From Candidatus Latescibacterota bacterium (GTDB taxonomy: Bacteria; Latescibacterota; UBA2968; UBA8231), in contig CBDCXV010000011.1 in the NCBI GenBank assembly GCA_965223905.1, forward strand, positions 1,184,001-1,248,000: DNA of 64,000 bases, written 5' to 3'. Positions within the stretch are counted from its first letter, which is position 1. Every line of letters begins with the position of its first letter. The notes below the pieces were generated by a model that worked only from the letters and a program-made list of their open reading frames with translations, was not told the DNA's origin and searched no databases. Shown here piece after piece: positions 19,601 to 30,800 of the stretch. A program made the position numbers and the translations under genes.

Positions 19601-19813
19601 TTACGACCCAGCTTTGTAGGACAGGCGTAAACCATTTTCCTGGTGATGGATGATCGCCCCCATGAGACAGAGATACCTTTCCGGCATCGTTCGCTTCCCC
19701 TTCTCCCACAGGCACACTTCGGCCTCACTGACTCCAAGGGCGATGCCCAGCTCCCACTGCTTCATGCCCAAGGCGTCTCTCGCCCTTTTCAGCTGGTCTT
19801 GCTTCATCTTCAT
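19601..19813 (-). CDS. XRE/Cro-like HTH regulator, copy 2
   Basis: HTH near-identical to the 17863 copy. Confidence 0.8.
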   Translation of the reverse strand: MKMKQDQLKRARDALGMKQWELGIALGVSEAEVCLWEKGKRTMPERYLCLMGAIIHHQENGLRLSYKAGS

Positions 19814-19834
19814 TCTCCATTATTCGGGGTTGTT

Positions 19835-19852
19835 TGTCGGTGACCACCGACA
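19835..19852. promoter_or_regulatory. dyad TGTCGGTG-AC-CACCGACA (copy 5)
   Basis: Perfect dyad; its centre is the reverse complement of the copy 4 centre. Confidence 0.75.
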
Positions 19853-19897
19853 GAAGGACACAGAACCGGCCCTGAGACAGCCTGACGGGGCCGGGTG

Positions 19898-19926
19898 TTG
19901 ACAGGGTATTCGTGTTCCGGTAGGAT
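19898..19926 (+). promoter_or_regulatory. sigma70 promoter TTGACA-N17-TAGGAT
   Basis: Homologue of 17948-17976. Confidence 0.7.
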
Positions 19927-20257
19927 CAGGACTGGAGGGTGGAAATACCGTTGCAGAATTCAGCGAGCCGGTAAGGGCAACTGCGTTGACTCGCTAACTT
20001 GCCGTTTTCTGCAAGAAGGGTCGGTATGGACTCAGCGTGAGATTAGGGAAACGGAGAACGACAGAAGGAAAGCCGGGTCCCGGGTCGCCTCTGTCCGGAG
20101 GTGCTGGCGGAGTTGGATACCGTGATTCGGATGCAGTCTTTCGGATTCCTGAAGCGCGCCGAGCAGGTCCTGCAGTGAGGGAAATAAACGTCTTTCTCTA
20201 TTATGTTATACCAGATTTTCAGCGAAATCGCGCTTTTGAATCGGTATTCTACCGCTC

Positions 20258-20767
20258 ATGGACGCTATGATACAGAGCGCAGCTGGACTGCGGTCCGTTG
20301 GGGAGGAGCTGTGGCGTGAAGGCACATCTTCCGATCCCGGGACCGACAGGTTCTACGGTAGCCTGCAAGCTGCGCCCATTCTTCTGGCTCTTGGAATCGA
20401 GCTTGCATTGAAAGGATGGATCTACCGGGAGTCGAAGTGCGAACCCCCGTATATACACGACCTGCTCTGCTTATTCGAAAAGCTGGAACATGAAACCCAG
20501 GAACTGCTCGAAGATGCGTTTCAGCGTAACCGAGGCGCTGGAACTCCAGATGATCCGATTCACGAAATGGGAATACCGAAGAGTCGGCTAGAAGCACTGA
20601 CGGCAAGGGATCTTACTTGCCCGCGTCTGTCGTCTCTGAGAGAGGTTCTCGAAGAACACCGTAACCTGTTCGTAAACTATCGGTATCCGTACGAGAGAAC
20701 GCGCGAGCGCCCTTATCCTGGCGTTTTGAACAGAGTCCTGGTTGTGCTCATAGAGACCTACTGGTAG
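20258..20767 (+). CDS. HEPN-like domain protein
   Basis: Motif LLALGIELALKG...YIHDLLCLF...FVNYRYPYE. Confidence 0.65.
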   Translation: MDAMIQSAAGLRSVGEELWREGTSSDPGTDRFYGSLQAAPILLALGIELALKGWIYRESKCEPPYIHDLLCLFEKLEHETQELLEDAFQRNRGAGTPDDPIHEMGIPKSRLEALTARDLTCPRLSSLREVLEEHRNLFVNYRYPYERTRERPYPGVLNRVLVVLIETYW

Positions 20768-20950
20768 ACTTTATTTATTGACAGAGGGGGCAGACAATCG
20801 GAAGTGTCCAGGAATCTGGAGACTGTCACATAGATGCGTAGCTAGTACGAGCCACCTCTGACCGATCCGACCTAAAGCTGCGAATTGCTAACACGAAAGT
20901 CATCGCGGTCTTGCGATACTGACTTGGGCCTCATCCTATCCGGAAAGATC

Positions 20951-21199
20951 GTGAATACTGACAGGAGTAAGGCCGTAATTGAAATTGCACCCCAGGTTGT
21001 CAGAATAGAAACTGCACATGGCTACCGCACTGGATTCATCTGTTACGCTGGTGAGCCTCTGCGTACTGTGGCAACGGCTTACCATGTCATAGACAATGCC
21101 GCAAACATCCCCTTATTTCCTGGCGAAGCAGTGAAAAAAACAAAACATCTCGGTAATCGTGGGAATTTCCCAAATTGTTGTTCGATGAGGAGGACATGA
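20951..21199 (+). pseudogene. trypsin-like serine protease N-terminal fragment
   Basis: VVRIET..GYRTGF...VATAYHVI; no catalytic Ser region follows. Confidence 0.45.
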
Positions 21200-22751
21200 T
21201 GGAATTTGAACAGGAAATGTTTGATGAACTTGGAGCTTTATGTAGATCAAAGGGATTTATTCATGTAATTCCATACTTCTATTTTAGAGACCATGTAATT
21301 GCCTATAACGAAAATGGATTGACTCCAGAAAATCTGGGGAATCTATATTCTTGGTCACGAATCACCCGAGCAGAAATAAACCTATTAATAGGATTGATTT
21401 TGCGCGGCCCTATAGACTTCTCCTTGCCAAGTCCTCACAAACTATCGGAGTACCTGAAACGCAGCGAAGAGATTTTAGGCAGTATACATACTTATAGCAC
21501 TCGGCCTAATAGCACTCGGCAAAAAATGGATAATGACACTCGGCCAAGTGATCTAAGAGATATCGGAGATTCTATAGGGAAGGATTTGAAAGGTTCCGAT
21601 TGGATTCGTGAGGCATCGTTTTATGCTATAGGCATACGTATCGTAACGTCAAAATATATAGTCATCGTAATAGAAAAACAGAGTTAGGAGAAATTGATGT
21701 CCTGGTTGTCTTTGGGCATCTTGCGATTGTCCTTCAATGCAAGTCAAAAAGGCTTACGCTTAAGGCGCGAAGTGGGGACACCAAAGCCTTTCAGAAAGAT
21801 TTTGCGGGAGCAATAGGAGGTGCGGTCAATCAGGCATATTCATGTGCAGAATTGCTTTTCGACTCTTCTGTCGTTCTGGTAGATAATCAGGACACGGTAA
21901 TCGAAATAGATACACCGCTAACTACTGTCTATCCTTTGACTGCGGTTTCTGATCATTTTCCAGGGTTGGCATTTCAGGTATGGAATCATCTGGACTTCAA
22001 ACCCACTGACAAGACACCTGCTCCATTTGTCACAGACATATTTACCCTTGATATAATAACTGAATTCTTGGATTCTCCTCTCAAGATTCTGAGTTACCTT
22101 AGACTCCATGCCAGGTTTTATGACCGGATGCTTGCTGATCATGAGATCGTAGTATTGGGATATCACCTTGAGAATAACTTGTGGATTAATGAAAAATGGG
22201 ATAGTGTTTATTTTGAGCCAAGTTTTTGTAGCTGCATCGATATAGCAGTAGCGGCAAGAAAACACGGAATGCCAGGCCCCAAGACTCCTGAGGGGATTCT
22301 TACTTGGTTCGACGGAACAATATTCGAAGAGATAATTCCTGAAATAGAAGGCAATCCTACCCCGGAATTGATAGAATTTGGGCTTTTTCTGCTTCAGTTT
22401 GGAAAGGCAGGAATAGTCAATATTAATAACCAGGGGACTCGCATATTAGAGATCACAAGGAAAGACAAAAAGATACACGGGTTTTCTGTTCCTTTTGAAT
22501 CTGAATCGAAAGGATTGACGATTAACTGTGGTGTTTCTGATAAGGAATCGGCTGAATGGCTGTGGCAATTTTGCCTTGGTCGCAAATACGCCAGTCGTTT
22601 TGATTATTGGTTTGGTGTATCTCTTTATCCTGACGGGTCTCCACGCTTGGCCATTGCCCTGGATGACCCTTGGGAATATGATGAGAATATGGAAGAATTA
22701 ATTTCAGAAATGCCGACAGATGCCGTGTCTTTAATATCGGATACTAAATAA
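21196..22751 (+). pseudogene. NERD/PD-(D/E)XK nuclease-domain protein with an internal deletion or frameshift near 21630
   Basis: Second frame reads YRNVKIY..ELGEIDVLVVFGHLAIVLQCKSKRLT and continues into 21852-22751. Confidence 0.65.
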
Positions 22752-23244
22752 AGACTTATGGTTCATTTACGATTCTCGGTTTTGTTCTCCCTTTTTGTAC
22801 AGTGATGGTAATTCCCTGACACTCCTCCCCTGCTCCGGGGTAGTTGTTCAGGCCGCGCAGCGTGGTCATGCCGTTCATGTTGCGGCCTGATGAGGTGGTT
22901 GCCCCAGGCGGTATCCTCCTCGGCGAAGCCCTTCCCACCACCGAGGAACAGCGCAACCAGGTCGTATCCCTCCAGCGATATCCTCGACCCGCAATTTCCT
23001 GAACCTCCCAGATACACCGGTCCTGACCGACCCCCCAGCGACAGCTTGCAGACCCAGGGGATCATACGGAGCCTCGTTCCCGCATCCGCTCCTCTCTCGC
23101 TTCCAGAAATTAAAGTTTTCTCCGTCACTACCGGATTCCTTCGACTAAAGTTTCCCCCGATTTGCTTTTTTAGAAAATCCGGGTACACTAATGATAAATC
23201 GAAAAGGAATCCGTCAGGATCCGCTGCCGCTTCTCTGTCCCTTC

Positions 23245-23262
23245 TGTCGGTGCACGCCGACA
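23245..23262. promoter_or_regulatory. dyad TGTCGGTG-CA-CGCCGACA (copy 6)
   Basis: One mismatch; about 110 bp upstream of transposase B. Confidence 0.7.
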
Positions 23263-23370
23263 GGTCACTTTCCCACTAACCGAAAGGAATCCTATGGGAG
23301 CGTGAATCACAATATTTTATGAGGGCCGCTGGTCTCAAGTTCGGTATTCCACGGCTCGAAGGTAATCAGA

Positions 23371-24381
23371 ATGAATAACGGTATCGATAATGGCATCGAA
23401 TTAACCCTAAAATTTCCAGACAATGCAACCGCAGAAGAATGGCTCGAAAAGGTCATATGGAGACGAGGCTTGCACTGTCCTCGCTGCGGGTGCTACGGCA
23501 TGATATCGGAGTGTCCGGACCGAAAACCCCAGAAGTATTGGTGCGGCGACTGTCGAAAACACTTCAGCGTTCGCACCGAAACCGTAATGTCCCACTCCAA
23601 GATCCCTTTGGAGAAATGGGCCACCGCCTTCTACTTGCACGTATCCGATCCGAAGGGAATCAACGCCATGCAGCTGAGCCGCAAACTCAAACTCAATTAT
23701 CGGTCGGCGTGGTTCATGCTGCATCGCATCCGGGAAGGATGGTCGGATCAGGAACCGCTGCGCAGCAGGATAGCCGAGATAGACGAAGCCTATTTCGGCG
23801 GAGACGATAAAAAGAAACACCGCAACAAGAAGTTCCACAAGCAATGGAGGTATGGTAATACCGCCGTGGCCGGAATGGTTGACCGGGAAACCGGGAACGT
23901 GGCCGCCAAAGTGATCCTCACTTCGGATCGCGAGACCTTGTTCCCCTTCGCAGAGGAACACCTATGTCCAGAGGGCACCCTAAACAGCGACAATGGCCCG
24001 GCTTATGGTGGCGGCTTCGGGTGGCCGGGAAGACACGAAACCGTCAACCACAAGAATGAATTCGTCAGAGGGGATGTCCATACGAACAGCATTGAATCGT
24101 TCTGGGCTCTGGCGAAACGAATCTATCGCGGGATCTATCACCACATATCTCCCAAGTATTTTCCCCGATACCTCAACGAGATGGCAGGGAGGTACAATAC
24201 CAGAGGAATGGATATCCTGGAACAGATGGAACTGCTTGCTTCCGGGATTGTGGGGAAACGGCTGACGTACCGGGATCTGGTGGACACGGAGGTCCCTCCG
24301 GTTCCCTTCACTCATCATCGATGGAAGGAGGGCGAACCCTTCCGAAAAGTCAGCAAGGTGAAAAACCCCGGTGAAATCTAA
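23371..24381 (+). CDS. IS1595-family transposase, copy B
   Basis: Zn ribbon, AEIDEAYFGG, NSDNG and HTNSIESFW motifs. Confidence 0.92.
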   Translation: MNNGIDNGIELTLKFPDNATAEEWLEKVIWRRGLHCPRCGCYGMISECPDRKPQKYWCGDCRKHFSVRTETVMSHSKIPLEKWATAFYLHVSDPKGINAMQLSRKLKLNYRSAWFMLHRIREGWSDQEPLRSRIAEIDEAYFGGDDKKKHRNKKFHKQWRYGNTAVAGMVDRETGNVAAKVILTSDRETLFPFAEEHLCPEGTLNSDNGPAYGGGFGWPGRHETVNHKNEFVRGDVHTNSIESFWALAKRIYRGIYHHISPKYFPRYLNEMAGRYNTRGMDILEQMELLASGIVGKRLTYRDLVDTEVPPVPFTHHRWKEGEPFRKVSKVKNPGEI

Positions 24382-24789
24382 GACCGCAACAGAGGCCATA
24401 CTTCGGTTTCCTGCTCGTCCCGGATGCAGGGATGCTCTCCGGGTCCATGAAGACCTTCTCGCTGGGTACCCCGTCTTGCGCATCGGGGGTCGAACTGAGT
24501 CTGTCGATGGAGCGGCAAAATCTTTTCGAATAGTCAGCAAGATGACAACCGCTGCCTGCTCCCGTCAACCTGCAATCGAGGAATCAGCTTTCCCTCCTTG
24601 CTCGCTTGTCAACCAAACGGAATGATTCCTCACCCCGGCGGCTTAACCCGTGGTGTCAATCTGACATTCTTCCATGTTCGGGGCTAAACACTTTGAGGAC
24701 CTGGATGTCCTTCTCTCTGGTATTTTCTCTACTATATTATACCAGATTTTCTTTAAATTCGCGGATGAGATTACTAAAGTTGTGCTTGC

Positions 24790-24810
24790 GTAGTTATCTA
24801 TATAATTCCC
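24790..24810. mobile_element. probable element terminus (reverse complement GGGAATTATATAGATAACTAC)
   Basis: Sharp GC step; the giant gene breaks here as DESVALG|II* where sister repeats read VTLGF/VSLGFG. Confidence 0.5.
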
Positions 24811-27800
24811 AACGCCACCGACTCGTCGACCCGGTCGGCATCCTGAGTCGCCGTGATCGAAAACGACTGAGAGGTCGTGCTGCCCGAAAACGACAGCGTG
24901 TCTTCCACCCCCGGCCACGTCGCCGTGTAGTCGCCCGACTCAGGAGCTCTCGTGATCGGGATCTTCACCAACCGCTCCGCCGCCGCCGACAGCGACACCG
25001 TCACCGCCACCGACTCGCCCCCTTCGACGGCCTCATACGACGAGCGGCCGAACGTGACCGTCAGCCGCCGGGGTGCAACCAACTCGGCGTACTCCCTGGC
25101 CGCCACCTTGCCGGACCCGTGCGCGTCCGCGTAGTAGACGCGGGCGCTCAGCAACAACCCGGCGTCCCCTGACACCGGCCGGTAGGTCGTGTCCGACGCC
25201 ACGCGCTGGTGAGCGCGGCCGCCGGGGCCCGGCTGCCGCGTCTGGCCACTGCCAGACCGCGCCGGTCACACCCCCGTCCGGGTCTCTCAGCTGCGCCCTC
25301 AGCTGATGACCGACCTGGGGCGACGTCGGCGGCGCCAGGGAGACCACGCCCGGATCGTCCTCGTTGGTGATGCGAACGGACACGCCCAACGTCGTATCCG
25401 CTGCCGGCGGCCCGGCGGTGCGGGCCCCCACGATCACGCTCCAGACGGTGTCCCCGTCAGCGTCCTTCGGGTGTTCGTAGTCCGGTTCCTTCGTGAAGCG
25501 CAATTCGCCGTCATCCTCGTCAATGGCCAGCGTGTCGCCGGCATCGGCCCCCGACAGCGTCCAACTCACCCCCGTGGCCGCCGTGCCGTCCGTGTACCGG
25601 GCCACGTAGGGTGCCACCAGGCCCGTGGCTCGCTCCGCGAACGTCGTGTCGGCCGCGCCCAGAATCTCCAGCCGCCGGACAGGAGGCGGGGGAGCTGTCG
25701 CAACGACCGGATGCGTTTCACCGCTCTGCGCGCTCTTGCGGTCCTCCTCGTCGGCGCTTGCCCCGTCCAGGTAGGAGGCGGTCACCCGCAGCCGCTTCCC
25801 CACATCGTCCTCCGTCGGCGTGTAATAGACATATCCCGGATAGGTGGAGGGAGGCGTCCGCGTTTCCTCATCCGTGGTGGTGGGCTCCCAGCCCGACGAG
25901 CCCAGACGCTGCCACTGCTGCGAACGCACGTCCACGTTCCCGTCCGGGTCGGTGAGCGTCCCCCTCACCCGCACGTCCACCTGGGGCGTCCCCGTGAGAA
26001 ACTCGATCCGGCCGGGCCCCTCGTCCACGTTGGTCACCGTCACCTGAACGGTCAGCGGATTCGACAACAGCGATCCGTCGCTCGTGCGCAGGCTGACCTC
26101 GTAGACGTCGTTGCGGTCCGCGTCGGCGGTGCCCTCGAAATCGGGGAAGTCCGGCCTGTCGGCGAAATACAGCGTGTCGCCGCTGATCCGGAAATGAGCC
26201 GCATCCGGGCCTTCTTTCTGCAACCTGAGCACGTCGTCCGGATTCGGGTCGGTCAGCCGGTAGGTGGCCACCGAGTCCTCCCGGTCCTCGGCGAACAACA
26301 CCGCGGTGGGACCGTCCGGAGGGTCCGGCGGCGAGTTGGTCGCCGGCTCCACCAGGGTCACCGCAGCGCCGGCCGGGGAGCCGGCGGTCACCTGCCAGGG
26401 CAGCGAACCGAACCCCAGCCTCACCCTCCCGTCGTCGCCGTCGCCGTCCGGTTTCGCCGTGATCGTGAACGTCCGCGCGGCGTCGCCGTTCGAGAAGGTC
26501 AGGGTGTTGCCGCTGCCCAGCCCGCCCAGGCTGTAGTCGTCCGACTCGGTGCCGGCTTCCCCGGTCGCCTCGATCGGAATGCCCAGCTGCCGGTCCGCGG
26601 CCGGTTCCATGCGCACCGTCACCGTCGCCGCAGCGCCCCCCTCGGCCGCCTGGTACGACTCGGCGCCGAAGAAGACCTGCGCATGAATCACCCGGGCGGT
26701 GGAATCGCTCTGCGCGCGCTTGTCCGGGCCGAGGGCATCCGCATAGCCGACCGTCGCCCGCAGCCGCTTGCCCGCATCCCCTGGTTGCGGCGTATAGCTG
26801 GTCAGCCCCGGATAGCGCCCCGCCGGCAGGGGGGGCTCCCACGCGTCCGTATCCCGGTCCCGGTGCTGCCAATGCCACCCGTCCACCCGGATGCCCCTAT
26901 CCTGATCGGTGAGCACCGCGGTCAGCGGCGTGCCCACCCGCGGCGACGACGAGATCAGGGTCACCTCGCCGGGATCGTCCACGTTGGTCACCCGCACCGA
27001 CACCGGCAAGGCCGCATCCGCCGCCGGCTGACCGTCGGCGTTGGCCTCCACCGTCACCTCGTAGACCGTGTCTCGGTTGGCGTCGGCCGGATTCTCGTAG
27101 TCCGGCGGCTCCTCGAAGCGGAGCCGGCCCGCATCGTCGATCGTCAGGGTGTCGGCATCGGCCCCCCCGAGGGACCAGGACACCGGCGCGACCGCCTGCC
27201 CGTCCGCGGAGAGCGCCCGGTACGGGGCCACGACGCCCTCCCTCCTCTCGGCGAAGGTGGTATCCTGGGTGCCCACAATCACCAGGGCGCCGGTCGGGCG
27301 CTCGGCCAGGGTCAGGGTGGCGCGCGACGGCGTGCCCGCGCTCACCCCGGCCGGCAACGGCGTCCCGAACCCCAGACTCACCGTCTCGTCGTCTGAATCG
27401 GGATCCGCGTTCGCCTGAATCGCAAACGACTGCGCCGTGGCCCCCGACTCGAACCACAGCGTGTCGGCCACCCCCGGCCACGTCACCGTGTAGTCGCCTT
27501 CCTCGGTCTCCGAATCCGGGGTCACCGAAATCGGGATCTTCAGCGCCCGGTCCGTCTCCGGCGATACCGATACCGTCACCGATGCGGTGCCCCCTTCCCT
27601 CGCCGAATACGATTCCCTGTCGAACGAGACCGTCAGGTCCGCCGGCTCCGGGGATTCTGCCACCGGGCCGATGGCCGCGCTCGCGGCGCTCTTGTCCGGG
27701 CCGTGCCCGTCCGTGTAGCGCACCGTCGCCTGAAGATACTGCCCTGCATCGGCCGACACCGGCGTATACGCCGCCGCCGTGGCCCCCGAAACCGGCGTCC

Positions 27801-30800
27801 AGTCCGTCGCCTCTGGGGCCCGCCGATGCCACTGCCAGCCGCCGATCGACACCACGCCGTCGGCGTCGCTCAGCGTCGCCGTCAGCTCCGTGCCCACCTC
27901 CGCCGTCGCCGGTCTAACCGTCACCACCCCGGGCGTATCGTCGTCGTCGACCAGAGACACCGTGGCGCTGGACGGCGTGCCCGCAACCACCCCGGAAGGC
28001 AGATCGCGGAAACCCAACGTCACCTCTTCGTCGACCGTGTCTGCATCCTGACCCGCCGTGATCGTGAACGTCGCTTCGTCCGCCTCCGGTGCGAACGACA
28101 GCCCCCCGTCCGTCAGCCCGGCCACCGCGAAGTCCCCCGACGGGGGATTGACCGCAATCGGGATGCGCAGCGCCTGAGACGCCGGCGCCGACAGCCGCAC
28201 CGTCACCGTCGCCGCCTCCCCCCCTTCACTCGCCGAGTAGGACGACGCCCCGTAGGTGACCGTCACCGACGGCGGGGGAGGAGGAGGAGGAGGAGACCCC
28301 GCAGCCCGAGGCGTGGCCGTGACCCGGGCGAGGGCACTGGTCCCCACCCCGTTGACCGTCCGCACCTCGAAGGTGTACTCCAACCCGTTGGTCAAACCCT
28401 GCCAGCCCTCGCTGTACCCCGAGGTGAACCGACGCGGGTAATCCGACGAACTCGGGTCGACGGCCGTCTCGAACCACCGCTCACCGAACGGCCACAGCCT
28501 GGCCCCGTCGACCAGGCGGTACACCCGCGTGTCCCGGCGCGTGATCCCCGACCCGTTGTCCGACCCCAGTACAAACCGCAGCCGCACCCGGCCGTCCCCC
28601 TCCTCCACGCTCAATACCGGCGGGTCGGGAGCTCCAACCGGCGTCGCCGCCACCGAGGTGGAGTCGCTGTTCCCCGCCCCGTTGACCGCCCATAGCTCGA
28701 AGGTGTAGGCCGTGCCGTTGGTCAACTGATCGATCGTGTGACTCGTCGTCACCCCCAGAGTCCCCGGGGTCCAACTGCCGCCGCTGCCGTAGCGATACCC
28801 ATACCCCCTCAGCGCCGAACCGTTGTCCGTAAGCGGCGGATCCCACCTCAGATCCACCCGGGCGTTCCCCGCAGCCGCCTCCAGGTTCCGAGGCGCCGAA
28901 GGCACGCCCCCAGGCGTCGCCGACACGACGAACGATTCCGGACCCGTCTCCGCACCCAGAAGCGCCCGCACCTGAAACTCATACGACACCCCGTTGGTCA
29001 GACTCCCCACCTCAACCGCCGTCACCGTCGCCCCGGCGCCGGTCGGTTCCCAGCTGTCTCCATCCCAGGTGCCGTCTTCCTGCTTGTACCGGTACGACCA
29101 CCCCGTGATGCCTTCGATGCCGGCCGGCGCGTCCCAACTCAACCCGACCCCCCCGGCCCGCGCCTCGGCCCGCAAACCCAGCACCGTCACGGTGTTGGAC
29201 TTCGGACTCGGCTGCCCCTCCGGTCCGACCAGATACGCCCGGTACCAGTAGATCTTCCGGTTGTCTACCGCCGCCACCGGGGCCGAGATAGTCACCGTGC
29301 TCGACACCCGACCCCGCGCTTGGGTCGATCTCGTACCCGGAGAATCGGTGAGTGTCTCCTCGGTAACGAGGTCCCCGATATCGGCCCCGGTCAGCTCTAC
29401 ACACGTCTCGTCCCCATTCGTTTCAGTACAGCGCTCCAGCACCACATCCTCGAGGGAGAACAACAAGCCCTCGGTCGAGGACGGAGACTCCGGTTCCGAC
29501 TCCCGGAACGGAATCGGACCCGGAAAGGGGAACGATACCACGAACTGCATCCTCCCACTTTCCAGGAAGCGCACCCCAAGGACGGGCCCGGTCGGCCCCC
29601 ATTCCACAGGCTGGATCTCGACGCTGTGCGCCGACTTGTCCAGGGAAAGAACGAGTCCTTCGCTGCTGCTGAACGCGTCCCGGTAGCGCACCGTCGCCCG
29701 CAGAACCCGATCTACGTCCGAAGGCATGAGCCGGTACCCCCCGGGGGGAGGATCAAGTAGCGGATCCGTATCCGAATCATCATCATCATCGTCTTCCCAT
29801 GTCTCGCTGCCGGGCAGACGGCGCTGCCACGTCCACACCTCGTTCGTCACGGGAACATCCGGGTCCTCCAGCGCAGCCGTCACCACAAAACCCACCGTGG
29901 GCGTCGTCGTCGACAAGCTCACCGTGCCGGGATGGTCGACCCGCACGATCCGATAGAGCCGGGCGTCCCCGGCGGCCAGAGCCTGTCCGGTGACCGTGAC
30001 GTTGCCGCTGGCATCGGCCACCAGGGTACTGGAAGTGCCGTTGCTGACGCTGACGTCTTCAATCTGGTAAGACCCGCTCCCGCCAGCGACGGACGCCATC
30101 TGAGCCACATCGAAGCGCAGGTCGAGGGTCTGGCTGGTATCGGTGGCGCGGTTGACGACCAGGACATAATCGGCCTCGTCGCTGTGGAACTGGCCGAACT
30201 CCAGCCGCGCCGTACTGCCCGTCACCTGGTCGATCAGCGTCGTATCCGCCGACAGGCCGTTCTTGTCGTAGTTGGCGTCCCAGGTCAGCCGCCGGTACTC
30301 CCCCGGGGTGACCTCCGGGTAGAGTTCGTCCCCGATGACTTTCAGCTTCTGGTTGATCGTCTTGACCGTGTCAAACATGGGAGACTTCTTGCGGTTTTGC
30401 ACATCGTATGGCGAGAACCGCATCAAGCCGAAATACCAGTTTTGTCCCAATTTGTTCTCCGCCTCGGCTGCGTCCCAGTCGGCCTGGAAGTCGGATATGC
30501 AGGTTGGCATCTGGGACAAAGGATCGCGGTCGGCCAATTCATCCGCACATGAAGGGGCAGGAGGGGTTGTTGGTGGATTTGGTGACGGCACACCGGTCAT
30601 GACCCCAAGGCCATTGGTCGCGTGCGAGTAGTAGACGATACCGGTAGCCCCCCTCGCCAATGCCATGTACGCCTGCACCGAGAGCTCGGCCTTGTTGGGT
30701 CGGCGAAACCAAGAGGAATGGAGGGGCGCGGTTCCCCCCCCACTCGTATTTCTCTCCCCCGTCCAGCAATTATTATCTATCCATACAGGGTTCTCATTTT

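Larger units (their letters stand above)
19287..19985. repeat. module copy 2
   Basis: Direct repeat of 17101-18030. Confidence 0.9.

Noticed and set aside
12941-22751. Integron cassette array (many unrelated co-oriented genes)
   Set aside because: No integron integrase, and no paired attC RYYYAAC...GTTRRRY structures that I could support.
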